Part shown: in pieces, positions 1 through 12,962 of the stretch
How positions within the stretch are numbered: position 1 is the first letter of the stretch
Layout: the number at the start of each line of letters is the position of its first letter
Source of the DNA: Takakia lepidozioides
Taxonomy: Eukaryota; Plantae; Bryophyta
Length of the DNA: 64,000 nucleotides
Direction: 5' to 3'
NCBI GenBank assembly: GCA_030704615.1
Contig: CM060731.1
Coordinates: forward strand, 12,400,001-12,464,000
Notes under the pieces: model-generated
What the model was told of the DNA's origin: nothing
Databases searched by the model: none
What the model saw: only the letters and a program-made list of their open reading frames with translations
Position numbers and translations under genes: made by a program

Positions 1-138
1 AGAGACGGTCGAGACGAAGCAGATTAGCAACGACGTAATAGCCTGGTGAGTGGCAAGCTACTTTCCATCAGCGTGGAACTAATAAGTATTTCCAGTTTTA
101 GCATTGTCATTTTGTAACAGCATTCACGAGTAACTCAC

Positions 139-429
139 CCCAAAACCATTGGAAGAAAAATTGAGACCGCCATCTTCTGGGGAGACAGGCACGATCACTG
201 CCTCCTCTTGCACAATACGGCGGGGTCTTACGCTAGTGGCCTGCACAACCCCAACTGGAAATCTTTCCCGTCCAATCCTTCCACCCCTGCAACTTCGTAG
301 TCTCAATCCTCCCTGCTGCTTTCGCAGTCCATTGCACGTCCCAATATCGTCATATGCCACTCTCTGCGAGGTTGATAGAGAGCATGCGGCGCTGGGTGTT
401 CCTACTGGATTTATTAGCGCCGATGCCAT
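139..429 (-). CDS. First coding exon of a probable plastid-targeted protein (gene continues beyond the left edge)
   Basis: Starts MASALINPVGTPSAACSLSTSQR..., a Ser/Arg/Ala-rich, transit-peptide-like N-terminus. Ends at a strong donor GGG|GTGAGT (138-137). A TTCAG acceptor just upstream of the ATG suggests a 5'UTR intron. Product not identifiable. Confidence 0.55.
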
Positions 430-1489
430 TGCGGAGGCCTGAACGAACTAAAAATCACTCCTCCAACATACAAGCCTGACTCCCAGAAACTAAGTGCAAA
501 ATTTAGCAAAACAAAATCCTAAGAACAATGCTGAAAAGACACAGAGAAGGGAGGGAGACTGCAAAGCTCCAGCGAAACAATGGTGACAAGAACAATCGAA
601 AGGGAGCAAAAAGCAGGCGAGATGCGCGATGCGTGGGCAGAGCGATCGTGAGGCCGGGAAGAGCAGCATTGGGCGCGTCGTCCACAGGCGGGGATTCTGT
701 TGGCGGGATCCGTCCGTGCCACAAGGAATATTCTCCTACAATGCCACGCTCATTCTTGCTGCTCCTCGCTGCCGTGTCTTTTCTGCCCACTTGGCACTCT
801 CCCAAGGTCCGATACATGACGCATGGGACATGGTCAGATCCCCAGGACATGAGATGTCCAGACCATGAGGTGTCGCACATTTTGTAGATTTTTTTTTCTT
901 TTTTTTTTCTTTTTGTTTTTTGGAAAGAGGGGAAGTAGCCCTCAAAATTTATTAAATAAAGTGAAGAGTAGATATTAATAAATCACACAAAATTATTAAA
1001 GCTTTAATTGGTATTAGTAGCCAGATAGTAGCTCACTTGGATACTATGCGGAGTGCGATCTAGTCCTTGTAGTTAGATGACCTGGGTTGTGTTTCAATGA
1101 GCCTTGTGCTTGGTACGAGGTTGCTAGTTTGAAAGAGGTTATTTCTCCTTTTAATGTAGTTAGGGTGCATGCTTTGTGAGCAGTTGCTCCTAGGTGTTTC
1201 TCTTTTTTGATATATCAAGGTAGTTTGTTTGTTTGTTGTCTTTGTCCTTCAGGGCAGAGACTTTGCATCATGTTCATGTCAATGGAGAAAATGTGGTCAA
1301 CGGATCTTACACCGTGTCAAGAGTATGATTGGTCCAAAAAAGCTCTTAAATATAAACCACGTGGCAGCTTGTCAAAATTGTTGCTTTAATGGAGCCTCTC
1401 CTGGTTTGCGGCTTGTTTGTTTTGTTTTGCGTTGTTTTGTATTGTAGCGTTGAGATCTCCCAAAAATCGGGGCCCAACCCTAGTGCTTG

Positions 1490-1580
1490 GTACCGCTGTA
1501 AGCCCTCAATGAGGAGGGGTGCACCGACTTGGTCTCATAATTTTTGGACCTGCGGTGTAGGAGATATGGAATTTCAAGTA
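1490..1580 (+). repeat. Dispersed repeat, homologous to 51563-51650
   Basis: taccgctgtaagccctcaatgaggaggggtgcaccgacttggtctcataatttttggacctgcggtgtaggagatatggaattt aligns with taccgttggaaagccctcgatgaatagaggtgcatcgaggtggtttcataattttggacatgcggtgtgggagttattgaattt. Confidence 0.6.
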
Positions 1581-2649
1581 CTTTTGGTCGCTGGAAATTC
1601 TTTGAAAAATAGCAAAGTGGGCTTTCCTGGAACAATGATTGGATATATTCTGATTGCACTTGGAGTTAGATGACACTGCACACTTGGGCCAACGGTGCAC
1701 GTTACCTGGTGTATATGTAAGGCTTAGAGGTTACCCACGACTATATGCAACCTAAGCTTGACTACAACAACTAAACAGTTGAACAAGAAATACATTATCC
1801 TGCGCGTATTGTTAGTCAAAAGTACATGACCCCTCAAGTTAAGCAATTCACATGGATACATGCTAGCCCCCCCCCCCCCTTAGATTAGTCTTAGTTTTAG
1901 ATTCTTAATGGATTTTTTACGATAATCCTTAACTTTCAAAATGTAATGTGTATTAAAACATGTTTTGAACAGTTTGATTAAAATGAAATGTTGCCAGAAT
2001 TTATTGGATAATTTTGTGGTTCCACAAATTTCTCTCCTTCCACTATGTCAAGGCACTTGACTTTGCGTAGATATTCACTTCTTATTTTGTTTTTTTGTAG
2101 CATTTAGTGGAGTAGTACTTGAAGTTGTCATCAAAGGATGCTCAGTGGAATCATACTAAAGGCCAAGGAGATTTTTAGAGGTTGCAACCATTTTTTAAAT
2201 TTATATTCGTGTTCTTTGTCTTGCAGCGAGCTTCAACATCTTGTTAGAATTTTGTGTTCTAGAATTGTAGCAGCTACGAATATATGCCCTGAGCATTTGT
2301 TAAAATCATAGGATTTTGTCATGAGCCCATGTTGCAACATGTCAGGTTCAATTTCAACATCTTGTTAGAATTTCGTGTTCCAAAATTCTAGCTTATGTCC
2401 CAAGCATTTGTCTTATAAATTTTATTTTTTTATATTAGTGATACGGAATTGCATCACATGTATCCATATAAATTATCTCACTTAAGGGTTTGTTATGTGC
2501 CCATTTTGCAGCATGTCAGGGTTTCCTTTAGAAGGTTTTTAATTCTACAACGGAGAGGGTTATGTGAAGTGTGGATTTCCTCTACCACCTAAGTCTGATT
2601 TTTCATTGGCATGTCCTTCATTGAGTAGACATTATTAAATGACAAAATA

Positions 2650-2826
2650 GATAAGGAAGTAAGGAAGTATGACGCCTCCCGAAGGAAGCGTAACTTATGG
2701 AGTCACTTCACCCCAAAGGGCTACTCCCTTCCTCTAGGAAGATGGACACCTTCATGACACACCAGACCGTGGTTTGAACCCACAACCACATCCAACGTGG
2801 TATGTGCCCATTACCACTGGGCTACC
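2650..2826 (-). mobile_element. tRNA-derived SINE
   Basis: Minus strand starts GGTAGCCCAGTGG (A-box-like), then GGTTCAAACC (B-box-like), and ends in a short tandem ACTTCCTT tail. A homologous copy lies at ~24690-24760 (+). Confidence 0.55.
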
Positions 2827-4199
2827 TGCTGGTTGTCGACAACATAGATAGCACTAGGGCTTCGCGTTGCTCCGCACTACTAGGGACGATTATGAGAAGG
2901 ACGTCCGGACGGATGGGCCACACTCGAGGATCATGAGAGAGAGTACGGATCATGCAGCCTGCCAAAATGTCGGTCACGCAGTTCCGATTGGTGTGGGGGG
3001 GGGGGGGAGTTGGAGGGGTTTTCCATGGGTCGTCTTGGTACAACAAGTAGATTTGGACTATGATAAATCTATATTTTTTTATTATCCATTGTGAGCATGC
3101 ATTGGGACAAAAATATAGACTTTTTGAAGAGGAGAAGGAGGATGGTCTTTATAAAATATGGTGGCCCTTACATGGAACGTTTAAATGTGTCTAATTTAAG
3201 CTCTACCAAGCTATGTTTTGCTCCAGCTGTCGTCATTCGACTCTGTCTCCTCTCGTGCTTTGGCCAACAGTTTGACCCCTTTTAATTGGAATGAAAGCCC
3301 ATGTTTCTTGTGACGGAAGAAAGTCACGAATCTGTAATTCCCAATTTTGCCAAGGTAGGGGAATTTTGCAATACCTACCAAGATTGATATTTCTTCACGG
3401 TCTGGCGCTGTGGAAGTTTGTACTGTAGGGCAGGCGCTTCCATGTGTTCCCCACCTTTAGGGCATGATGGTCATTGGACGTGAAACTGTCGTATATCACG
3501 TTTGTCATGTCTTGGTGGGTTATTTCCTGGATTTGTTGGTCCGTTACAGTATCTATTGTATCGGCTATTTTCGACGTTGACATGGTTGTTTGTATGTATG
3601 GTGCAGAGAAAGAGAGAGATAGAGAGAGAGGCAGGGGCAGATGAAAGTATATATCGGTGGGCTTTTTAGGAGAATTAAACCCTAAGAGTGCGACTTTAAA
3701 ATTAATCACGCTAATCTATAGAACTGTGGCTTTCTCTCTCAGAGTGAGGTTGATGCTACACCGCTTTGCTGGGAAGTTAGGTGCAAAGTGCGATGTAACA
3801 GTATGTTATATTCGTCTGCTTCACCTGTACCTGGAAGCATCATTCGATTAGGGACCCTCTCATAATCGGTTATTTTTTTAGCAACAACACCTAGTGAAGA
3901 CGAAAGGCCTAGTCCATTGATGTTTGATTCAGGCTCAGCTATGCTGATTGAGGAATTCCCATAGGAGATGGCCCTTCACTTCCTGCTCACAATTGTTTTG
4001 TTCTTGTCATAAAACCAGAGAACCTCACATTAGAACGTATAGGCTTACAAATACATACAGATCCATCTGGATTTTTTCAGTGCTCAAAGACTGGCACAGG
4101 CATCAGAATACACATGAGGTTCACCTACCAGGCATCACCCATTCACAATCTCCAAAGCCTCCCTGCCACACCCAGTACATAAACAAAGTACACATAAGT

Positions 4200-7100
4200 T
4201 CCTTGCTTTGCATCCTCAATGCACCCACATTGGGCATACATGTCCACCAGGGCAAAGTTCAGAATGACATCTGGTACAATTCCAGCTTTGACAATGTCAC
4301 CATAGACCTATTTTGACCTTTTCCAGGGTTGCTAGGCTTGCACAAGCATTGCAATCACACAAAAACATGATGTGGTTGGGCTTCACCCCTTCCCCCATAA
4401 TTTGATCATAGGTCTCCAAATCCACCATCCCACGTCCCTGCTGTGCATACTCTGCGATGTTTGTGAGTGTGCACCTGCTTTCCAGTTTCCAGACCTTTCT
4501 TGGCGTGAATCCACATCAGAGTTTGTTGGCACTAGGAAAAGGTTGAGACTGAGCTGCTCAACTACTCCCTGGTCTTACTGGGTTTACATAGTGTGCCAAG
4601 CACAACATCTGGTGCCAAAGCCTCCATCCAGCGCCCTTGTTGTGCATACCCTGCAAGCATCGAGTTCCACGATACCACATCTCGTTCAGCCATATTGTTC
4701 CCTTCGTACATGTCCACAAGGGTATTGTTCAGAATGACATGTGGTACAATTGCAGCTCTGACAATGTCGCCATGGACCTCTTTGCCCTTCTCCAGAGCTG
4801 CCAGGCTTGCACATGCATTGCAAACTATCAAAGGTTCACTCAACCAATAACTTGCAGAAATCAACATGAAAATTTAAGAATGATTTTGATAAGAGGGGAA
4901 AACAGGGTGAAATGTTTTGAAGTAGGTGCCTTCATTAGCAATGCCTGATTTTATGAATTGTGCCGCTGCTGCTGAATCTGGACCCACACTTTTCCCTTTT
5001 CCAGGGCTGCCAGGCTTGCACAAGCATTGCCAATGCACACAAATGTGATGTGGTTGCACTTCACATTTTCCCCCATCATTTGTTCATAGGTCTCCAAGGC
5101 CTCCATCTTGCGCCCCTGCTGGCATATCCTGCAAGCATGAACACTCCCTCCGCATCCTCAATGCTCCCACATTTGGCATCCATGTCCATGAGGGTATTGT
5201 TCATAATCACATCTGGTACAATTCCAGCTTTGGCAATGCAACCATGCACCTTTTTGCCCTTCTCCAGGGCTGCTAGGCTTGCACACGCACTGCAAACGCA
5301 CACAAACCTGATCAGCCCAAAACCAATGGCCAGCTTCTCACTGTGGTGGCAAAGAGAAAATTATTTTTCCTCCTTCCCCACATCATGAAATACAAAGCGC
5401 GTGTCAGGCACATACCCCGCCTCCTTTCATCTGCCCAGACAATCTTCTCAGCTCAGCATGGATTTCCTTAATTATGGGATGCATCTTGTCATCTACAGCG
5501 AAGGTGTGCACCCTGTTGCAAATCTCAATGCAGCAGCGACATGGCTCATTTCTAACCCCTCTGACCTTCATCATTCTTCTCACCAACTCCTGCTTTTGCG
5601 ATGCAACCATGCACCCCTTCGCTCATTTCCAGGGCTGCCAGGCTTGCAAACACACAAACGTGATGTGGTCGGGCTTCACCCCTCCCCCATCATTTGCTCA
5701 TAGGTCTCCAAAGCCTCCATCCCACGTCCCTGTTGTGCATACCCTGCAAGCATTGCGTTCCACCACACCACATTTCATTCAGCGATATAGTTGAACATTG
5801 CCTTCGCATCCTCGATGCTCCCACATTTGGCATACATGTCCACGAGGGCATTGTTCAGAATAACATCGGGTACAATTCCAGCTTTGACGATGTCACCATG
5901 GACCTCTTTCCCCTTTTCCAAGGCTCCCAAGCTTGCACACGCATTGCAAACACAAACTAAGGTGATGTGGTTGGGCTTCACCCCTTCGCAGAGTACACAT
6001 AAGTTCCTTTGTTTTGCATCCTCAATGCACCCACATTTGGCATACATGTCCACCAGGGCAGAGTTCAGAATGACATCTGGTACAATCCCAGCTTTGACAA
6101 TGTCACCATGGACCTCTTTACCCTTTTCCAGGGCTGTCAGGCTTGCACAAGCATTGGAATCACAAACAAACGTGATGTGGTTGGGCTTCACCCCTTCCCC
6201 CATCAATTGATCATAGGTTTCCAAAGCCACCAACCCACGTCCCTACTGTGCATACCCTGCAAGCATAGCGTGCCATGACACCACATCTTGTTCAGCCATA
6301 ATGTTGAAAACTCCCTTCGCATCCTTGCATGAATCCACTTTGGATAATGTGAGTGTGCACCTGCTTTCTAGCTTCCAGACATTTTATCTTGATGCACTTA
6401 AGCAAGAGACAGACAAACGTATTTGAATATGCTGAAATGCCTCCCACATTAATTGGCATACATGTCCACGAGGGTATTGTTCAGAATGACATCTGGTACA
6501 ATTCCAGCTTTCGTGATGTCACCATGCACCTCTTTGCCCTTTTCCAGGGTTGTCAGGCTTGCACACGCACTGCAAACACACACACACGTGATGTGGTCGG
6601 GCTTCACCCCTTCGCACATCTTTTGCTCATAGGTCTCCAAAGCCTCCATCCCGCGCCCCTGCTGTGCATACCATGCAAGCATCGCGTTGGGCAGTGTTCA
6701 GAATGACATCTGGTACAATTCCAGATTTGATGATGTCACCATGGGCCTCTTTCCCCTTTTCCAGGGCTGTCAGGCTTGCACACGCACTGCAAATGCAAAC
6801 AAACGTGCCTTTAGTTGACCATCTACCCATGCAGGTTTCTTGTAGCTATTGATCCACAGGGAATCATAGGCAATCTGGAGCTTAAAGTCCGGTCCCCTTG
6901 GATGAATCTGGACCCACACTCTATCCCTGCTCCTTCAACTATCCATGCCTCTACACAAATCATGCATACATCCTTGCCTTGCTGCTAGCAGCTGACAATG
7001 ATAGCCTGTGATAGGCTCAACAAACTCTGGAATAGAGCTCCAAAGCCTCCATCCCGCGCCCCTGCTGTGCATACCCCTGCAAGAATCGCGTTCCACGACA

Positions 7101-8204
7101 CCACATCTCGTTCAGCCATAATGCTGAAATTAACTCCCTTCGTATCCTTAATGCACCCATATTTGACATACATGTCCACCAGGGCAGTGTTCAAGATGAC
7201 ATCTGGTACAATTCCAGCTTTGACGATGTCACCATGGACCTCTTTTCCCTTTTCCAGAGCTCCCAGGCTTTCACACGCATTGCAAACACAAACAAACGTG
7301 ATGTGGTTGGTTTTCACCCCTTCGCACATCATTTGCTCATAGGTCTCCAAAGCCTCCATCCCGCACCCTTGCTGTGCATATCTTGCAATCATCACACTCC
7401 ACGATACCACATCACGTTCAGCCATACTCCATTTGCATCCTCGATGCACCCACATTTGACATACATGTCCATCAAGGCAGTGTTCAGAATGACATCGGAC
7501 ACAATTCTAGATTTGATAATGTCACCATGGACCTCTTTTTACTTTTCCAAGGCTGCCAGGCTTGCACATGCATTGCAAACGCACACACACGTGATGCGGT
7601 TGGGCTTCACCCCTTCGCACATCATTTGCTCATACGTCTCCAAAGCCTCCATCCCGCGCCCCTGCTGTGCATATCCTACGAGCATCGCACTCCACGACAC
7701 CACATCTCGTTCCGCCATATTGTCGAACACTCCCTTTGCATGCTCGATGCTCCCACATTTGGCATACATGTCCACCAGGGTATTGTTCATGATCACATCT
7801 GGTACGATTCCGGCTCTGACGATGTTGCCATGCACCTCTTTGCCCTTGCCCTTTTCCAAGGCTGCCAGGCTTGCACACGCACTGCAAACGCACACAAACG
7901 TGATGTGGTCGGGCTTCACCCCTTCCCCCATCATCTGCCCATAGGTCTCCGAAGAATTCATACCACACCCATGCTTGGTAAATCCTGCCAACATTATATT
8001 CCATGTGATCAAAGATCGTTGAGGCATTCTGTTGAACACTTGGTGAGCATCCATGATGCTCCCGCACTTAACATACATGTTGACAAGGGTGCTGAGGAGA
8101 AAAACATTTGGCGTGAATCCACTTTGGATAATGTGAGTGTGCACCTGCTTTTCAGCTTCCAGGCCTTTCACCTTGATGCACTTATGCAAGAGACAGACAT
8201 ACAC
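4200..8204 (-). pseudogene. Fragmented tandem array of PLS-class PPR repeats with an internal E+/DYW fragment
   Basis: About a dozen near-identical copies of ALETYEQMMCEGVKPxHITFVCVCNACASLAALEKGKEVHGDIVKAGIVPDVILNxxLVDMYAKCGSIEDA...AERDVVSW in different frames, with stops and deletions. The longest ORF is 7539-8204. Confidence 0.9.
5310..5600 (-). pseudogene. Truncated E+/DYW deaminase domain fragment
   Basis: MMKVRGVRNEPCRCCIEICNRVHTFAVDDKMHP..IHAELRRLSGQMK, a frameshift, then [35 protein letters not shown]. PG-box-like and HSE motifs present; CxxC and terminal DYW absent. Confidence 0.8.
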
Positions 8205-8440
8205 TACAACAGATGAGCGTTTTTATGACTGCACATATGACTATTTTTTCAGTCCTATATGCGTTCATGACTACATCACTCTATAGTGAAAAAAGCCCTG
8301 TCATAGCGACTAGTCTTTAGGACTACATTTTGCAAGTCATAGCCGTGACTGCATGCGTGGCACCTGGAGTCATGCATAAGAGAGTGATGTAGTTACAACT
8401 CTATGACTTACATACGACTAACTATATGACTACATTGTCT
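8202..8440 (+). mobile_element. CACTA (En/Spm) transposon terminus with subterminal repeats
   Basis: CACTACAACAGA at 8202, followed by several ATGACTAC-like subterminal repeats. It abuts and truncates the 5' end of the PPR array. Confidence 0.55.
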
Positions 8441-10619
8441 GATGAGCGTTGCCTAATTAAAATAGATTTCCAAATCATAAATCATAAATAAAATTTGAAT
8501 TATTACACGTGGAGTAGCAAGTGATTTCAACCACTTCCCATCACTGAGGTGTCTATAACCACTCACAATCTACCATTGCACCCGTCCACGTGGAATATAT
8601 TACCAAATAAAAAATAAAAAATAAAAACAAATTATTACACGTGGACTACTGAGTGGTTCAAACCACTTCCAACCACTGTATGTGATGCCACCGTGGCATT
8701 TCATCGGGATTAACCATTGGCAAGTTGTTACTAGTGGGAAAAGACAATAGTGGTTAAAGGGCCAGTGGTTATTCTGCGTTTTCCTTCTAGTGGATCACCA
8801 TGTTACCACTCTTCAACGCATACAGCTGGAAGATAGCTTTCTGAACACTCAACACTTGCCTGTTGTATCTAAAGACTATGCTACTTGGGAACACTCTTGC
8901 CTATCTATCGCCGACCTCAAGCAGCTACCTTTCAATTGTAGGAGTTTGAGTTGGCAGCAAGTTCTGAGTATCCCTGAAGTGTTGATTTTTGGTGATAGAG
9001 AAGCTGCTTATACGTTCCACAAGGGAGAATGTCTCATAAATCCACTTTGGCTTGATTTCTTCGACGTGCAAGGAACGGGGCTCTTCAATTGCATGCCATT
9101 CGCTTCTATGCTACTGTATCTCTTGACACACAGATCACCTACGTCTATGAATTCTGCATGGTTTGATGAGCGTAGTTGAAGGAAGGGCTGGTTAGATGTA
9201 ATCCCTTCGAAAGTCCTAAACTTTTCGCGTAGAGATACAACTTAAAGTTATAATGCAACTTAAACATAGAATATATAGTTCTTGAAATAGTAGCATTAGA
9301 CCAAATTGTATAAGTAGGAGCCACTTGAAATTGGTTAAGCATCTAGTTTGCTAGATATTTAGAGTTGGAAGATTATATAAAATACGGACAACTACTTTCA
9401 AAAAAATTGCTTGCAATAACCGCCAAGATTGTAATTATCAACTAGATCTTCAAGCTGGTTCGTGATCGAAATGTTAAGGGGTATCAGCCCGCCATTTTCA
9501 AGTTGGTCTATACTAGAAAATTTCCCTTCTTTGAGTAACGGTGCTCTTTATATGACACTCTCCAAATTAGCTCATAATATGGGGATATCATGCAAATGAA
9601 ATTTGGATTAAGACCCATAATTGATATTTCTTCTTCAGAGATGGCACAAACGGTTCTTAAGACCCAAGACCAGATCTTTGTATCTCGACCCATGCTAGTT
9701 GTTGAAGACATTATGTACTATAAAATAAAATAAAAAAGGGGGTTGGACCCCTTATTGGCAGATTGGCAACACCCACAACATTTGCGCAAAGTGTGTGTGT
9801 GAGCTCTTCATTGCTAAAAGAATCCAATATTTCAAGAACATCCAAGATGAGAAGGTATCTTTTTTGGGGCAAAACATTTTCGAGGAATCATAGGTTAATA
9901 CTTGAAACTTGAACATTGCTGTAGCACTTAGCTAGTTTAGATCAAAACGATTTTGCACATACATCACAACTGTAGATAAAGAATTATTTCTCCTCAGTTT
10001 TTCACATGGATTAAGTCTCTCTCTTTTTGAATTGACCTAATCAACACTCTCCCTCACTTATTCAAGCATTCCAAATTGAGGCGTTAGTTTTTCTTATTAT
10101 TTAGTCTTTTTTACATCTACATAAACTTTAAGCTTCAATGTTCATAAAATCTTTTGTAGCTGTAATTGGTGCATGCCAATAACACCCCTAGGTATTATAT
10201 CTTTACAAAGGTCTAGGTTCGTGTTGGTGTAAGTCTCTAAGTGAGTACGATGTCATGGTCTACATAGAGCAAACAATACCTTAAAAAACCCTTGGTTGAG
10301 AAATTGTTGTTTTGAGTTTGGTTACAACATGATTAAGGTAGTATATCTCGTACAATACCTCGTCTACATTTCATACTATTTGAGAATACTCAAGACTACT
10401 AAGATGGATGCATCACAATATCTCTAACCAACTATATGTTTGTTATTTGATTAATGTCCATGAGTGAAGATCAAATACTTGTATGAAATCCCAGGTCTAG
10501 GTTCGAATCAACGTGACCCCGCATTCTAGCTCACCATGGATATTAAGCCCGCCTAGCCCCCGTGGGGTCTAGCAAACCCCCGAGTCCATTGTATCTTGGT
10601 GTTGGTCTTGCCTATATAC

Positions 10620-11190
10620 CACTGTTGGACTGGTATCATATTTTCAACACACCAGGCTGGAACTGGTATATAGGCCTCCCGCCAATTGTGATGCCAGGGA
10701 GGTACTGGTATTGGCAAAATTCTGAGATTTGGATACCATGGTGGTATCAATAATACATGATTGGTATGGTGTTTTACAGGTATCAATAGCAATAGTTTTT
10801 AGAAATCGATACCAGGGTATTATCAATACTGGTCTGGTATAAAAAAAACTCATGATATGTTAAATATTGAAAGGCCCACTTCTCATATAAATGTGTACGA
10901 GCATGCTTCTCATTGATTTTATTCCTCAAAGTATTCCTCAAGTTCCTCAAAGTATTGATACCTAGGTTTTCCTCACAAATATGGATATGGTACTGGTATC
11001 AGGTACCAGATTTTCAACCACCTACCAGACTGGTAGGGTATCATCCACAGTATTAGGAAGCAGATACCAAGCCAATATGGGTATATGCTAGGTAGTGGCC
11101 TGAGGTGATACTAGACTGGTCTTGTACTTCATACCAGTATACATACCAGTATTGATACCAGTTTCTTATCGGTATACCAGGCCAACACTG
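10620..11190. mobile_element. Non-autonomous hAT element (MITE), same family as 12963-16380
   Basis: TIRs CACTGTTGGACTGGTAT / ATACCAGGCCAACACTG. 8-bp TSD CTATATAC at 10612-10619 and 11191-11198. Interior rich in GGTAT/ATACC motifs. Confidence 0.9.
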
Positions 11191-12962
11191 CTATATACCT
11201 TAATATCCAAAAAGTACCCCGCCGCATATAGTGGGTCCAAAGTGAGACCAGGTAAAACAAATACCATCGAATTTGGGGCTCCGACCTCTTCCCAAAAATA
11301 AAAGAAAAACAAAAGTTGTGTATTTGCAACTACGCTTTGAACCAATGAATTTATTGGTCCCACCCTTAAGGGTAGGGATTATGCATATTCAACTTGGCAA
11401 AATGGTCATTAACTTTATATCATAGGCTATTTCAATTAAACTTTTTGGAAACATAATATTTTTAAGAAAATTATTTTATTAATTAGATATATTATTCTAT
11501 GACTTCGGATCAATTGGCCAAGTCGTCCAAAACTTTGTATCATGGGTTGTTCCCCATCAAACTTGTTGCAGGAAACAGATAGGTTTTTCATTAAATGAAA
11601 AACTTCATTAATCATAAATAATAATAATAATAATAATTTTATAAATATCAAATTAATAAAATAATGGCAGTATGTCACGCCTTGTTATATATGCATTCTC
11701 TTAATTTTTATGCTATTATGAAGTTATATAATACTTTATATGGAGGAGCCATGATGTGACCAGGCGCTAGTTGTTTTTAACTTTGGGTCACTCGAATCCT
11801 CCCCCATATTTACCGTGCATATAATTAACACATTGCAATTAACAAACTTTCAACTATGATTGTTGGTGACAGTTAAACAATCCACATCTAAACTCTCTTA
11901 CTTGGATTGTACATCTTCTTGTGAGGGAAGTTACACTATGACTCTCACTACTTGGGGGACTAGGCCGCAACCCAACCATTCTTGTGATATATATATATAT
12001 ATATATATATATTTGCAAAGAAAACCAATTTGTTTGAACATTAGTAAACATATATGCATCCAACAACTTTTGTTGTTTTGCTAATTAATCAAATCAAGCC
12101 TAAGGATAAAAGTGAGCTACAATTGACCAAAATATGATTGGCCTTTTCTAGTAGGGGCGGTTAGCTCCTAGTAGTCCCTTTTTTTTTCATTTTTTTCATT
12201 TTTTATTTTTTTTTCATTTTTGCCTTGGCGTGGAGGTGGAGAAATATTTTTGGGACTGAGTGCAAAGGTGGCGACAAGTACAATGTCCACCTAGAATTCA
12301 CTTGGCTATAGGTATGCAATATATTGTGCAATATGGTGATCGGAGGGTGCAATATGGCAATATGGCTACTATATATGGCTGCAATATGGCTACTGGCTGG
12401 AGATCAGACGGTGGAGATAGGTGCAGGTGGCGAAATCATGCTGACCCCTGGTGCATTGGGGCGCTAGCCCTTGGATTTAGGGTGCCATGCTCCCCCGTTC
12501 CTTGGCAAAACGGGTGGGTTCCCTAGGTGCTTTCTGGCACCAGCTCGCCCGCATTTCGGCGATATTTTTTTTATTTTTGCCCATGTTTTTTGTATAGGTG
12601 TGTCATGGGCCCACATTTTTTGGTGCTTTCAGGTTTTTTCTCGCCTTAAAAGGAGGGGCTGGCTCCTAGCCAAAACCACTGTGTTACTTCCATATTATGA
12701 ACAAATAAAACATAACGGGGCTTATTGTTATTCACATTTACATATCACTCGTGATTGATGAGCCTTACTGACAAATTTGGGATACAAATTTGATCTCTTT
12801 TCCAACTTGCGTTAGCTATAGGACCTTGTGCATATGTAACAAGTCCCAAGCAAAGCTCCTAAAGACCGTGATTTTGGCAATACAACCTATCCGCACAATG
12901 GCAATGACAATACCCCGTGACAATGTGATGCCACCTTTATTCCTTGAGAGAGTGGTTCTGAC

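Noticed and set aside
2760-2826. Functional tRNA gene
   Set aside because: A/B-box-like motifs are present, but I see no convincing cloverleaf. It has a SINE-like body and tail and a second diverged copy.
4372-8216. Plus-strand ORFs over the PPR array (e.g. 7234-7944, 7374-8216) and over the BURP repeats (48995-49663)
   Set aside because: Antisense shadows of repetitive coding sequence on the minus strand.
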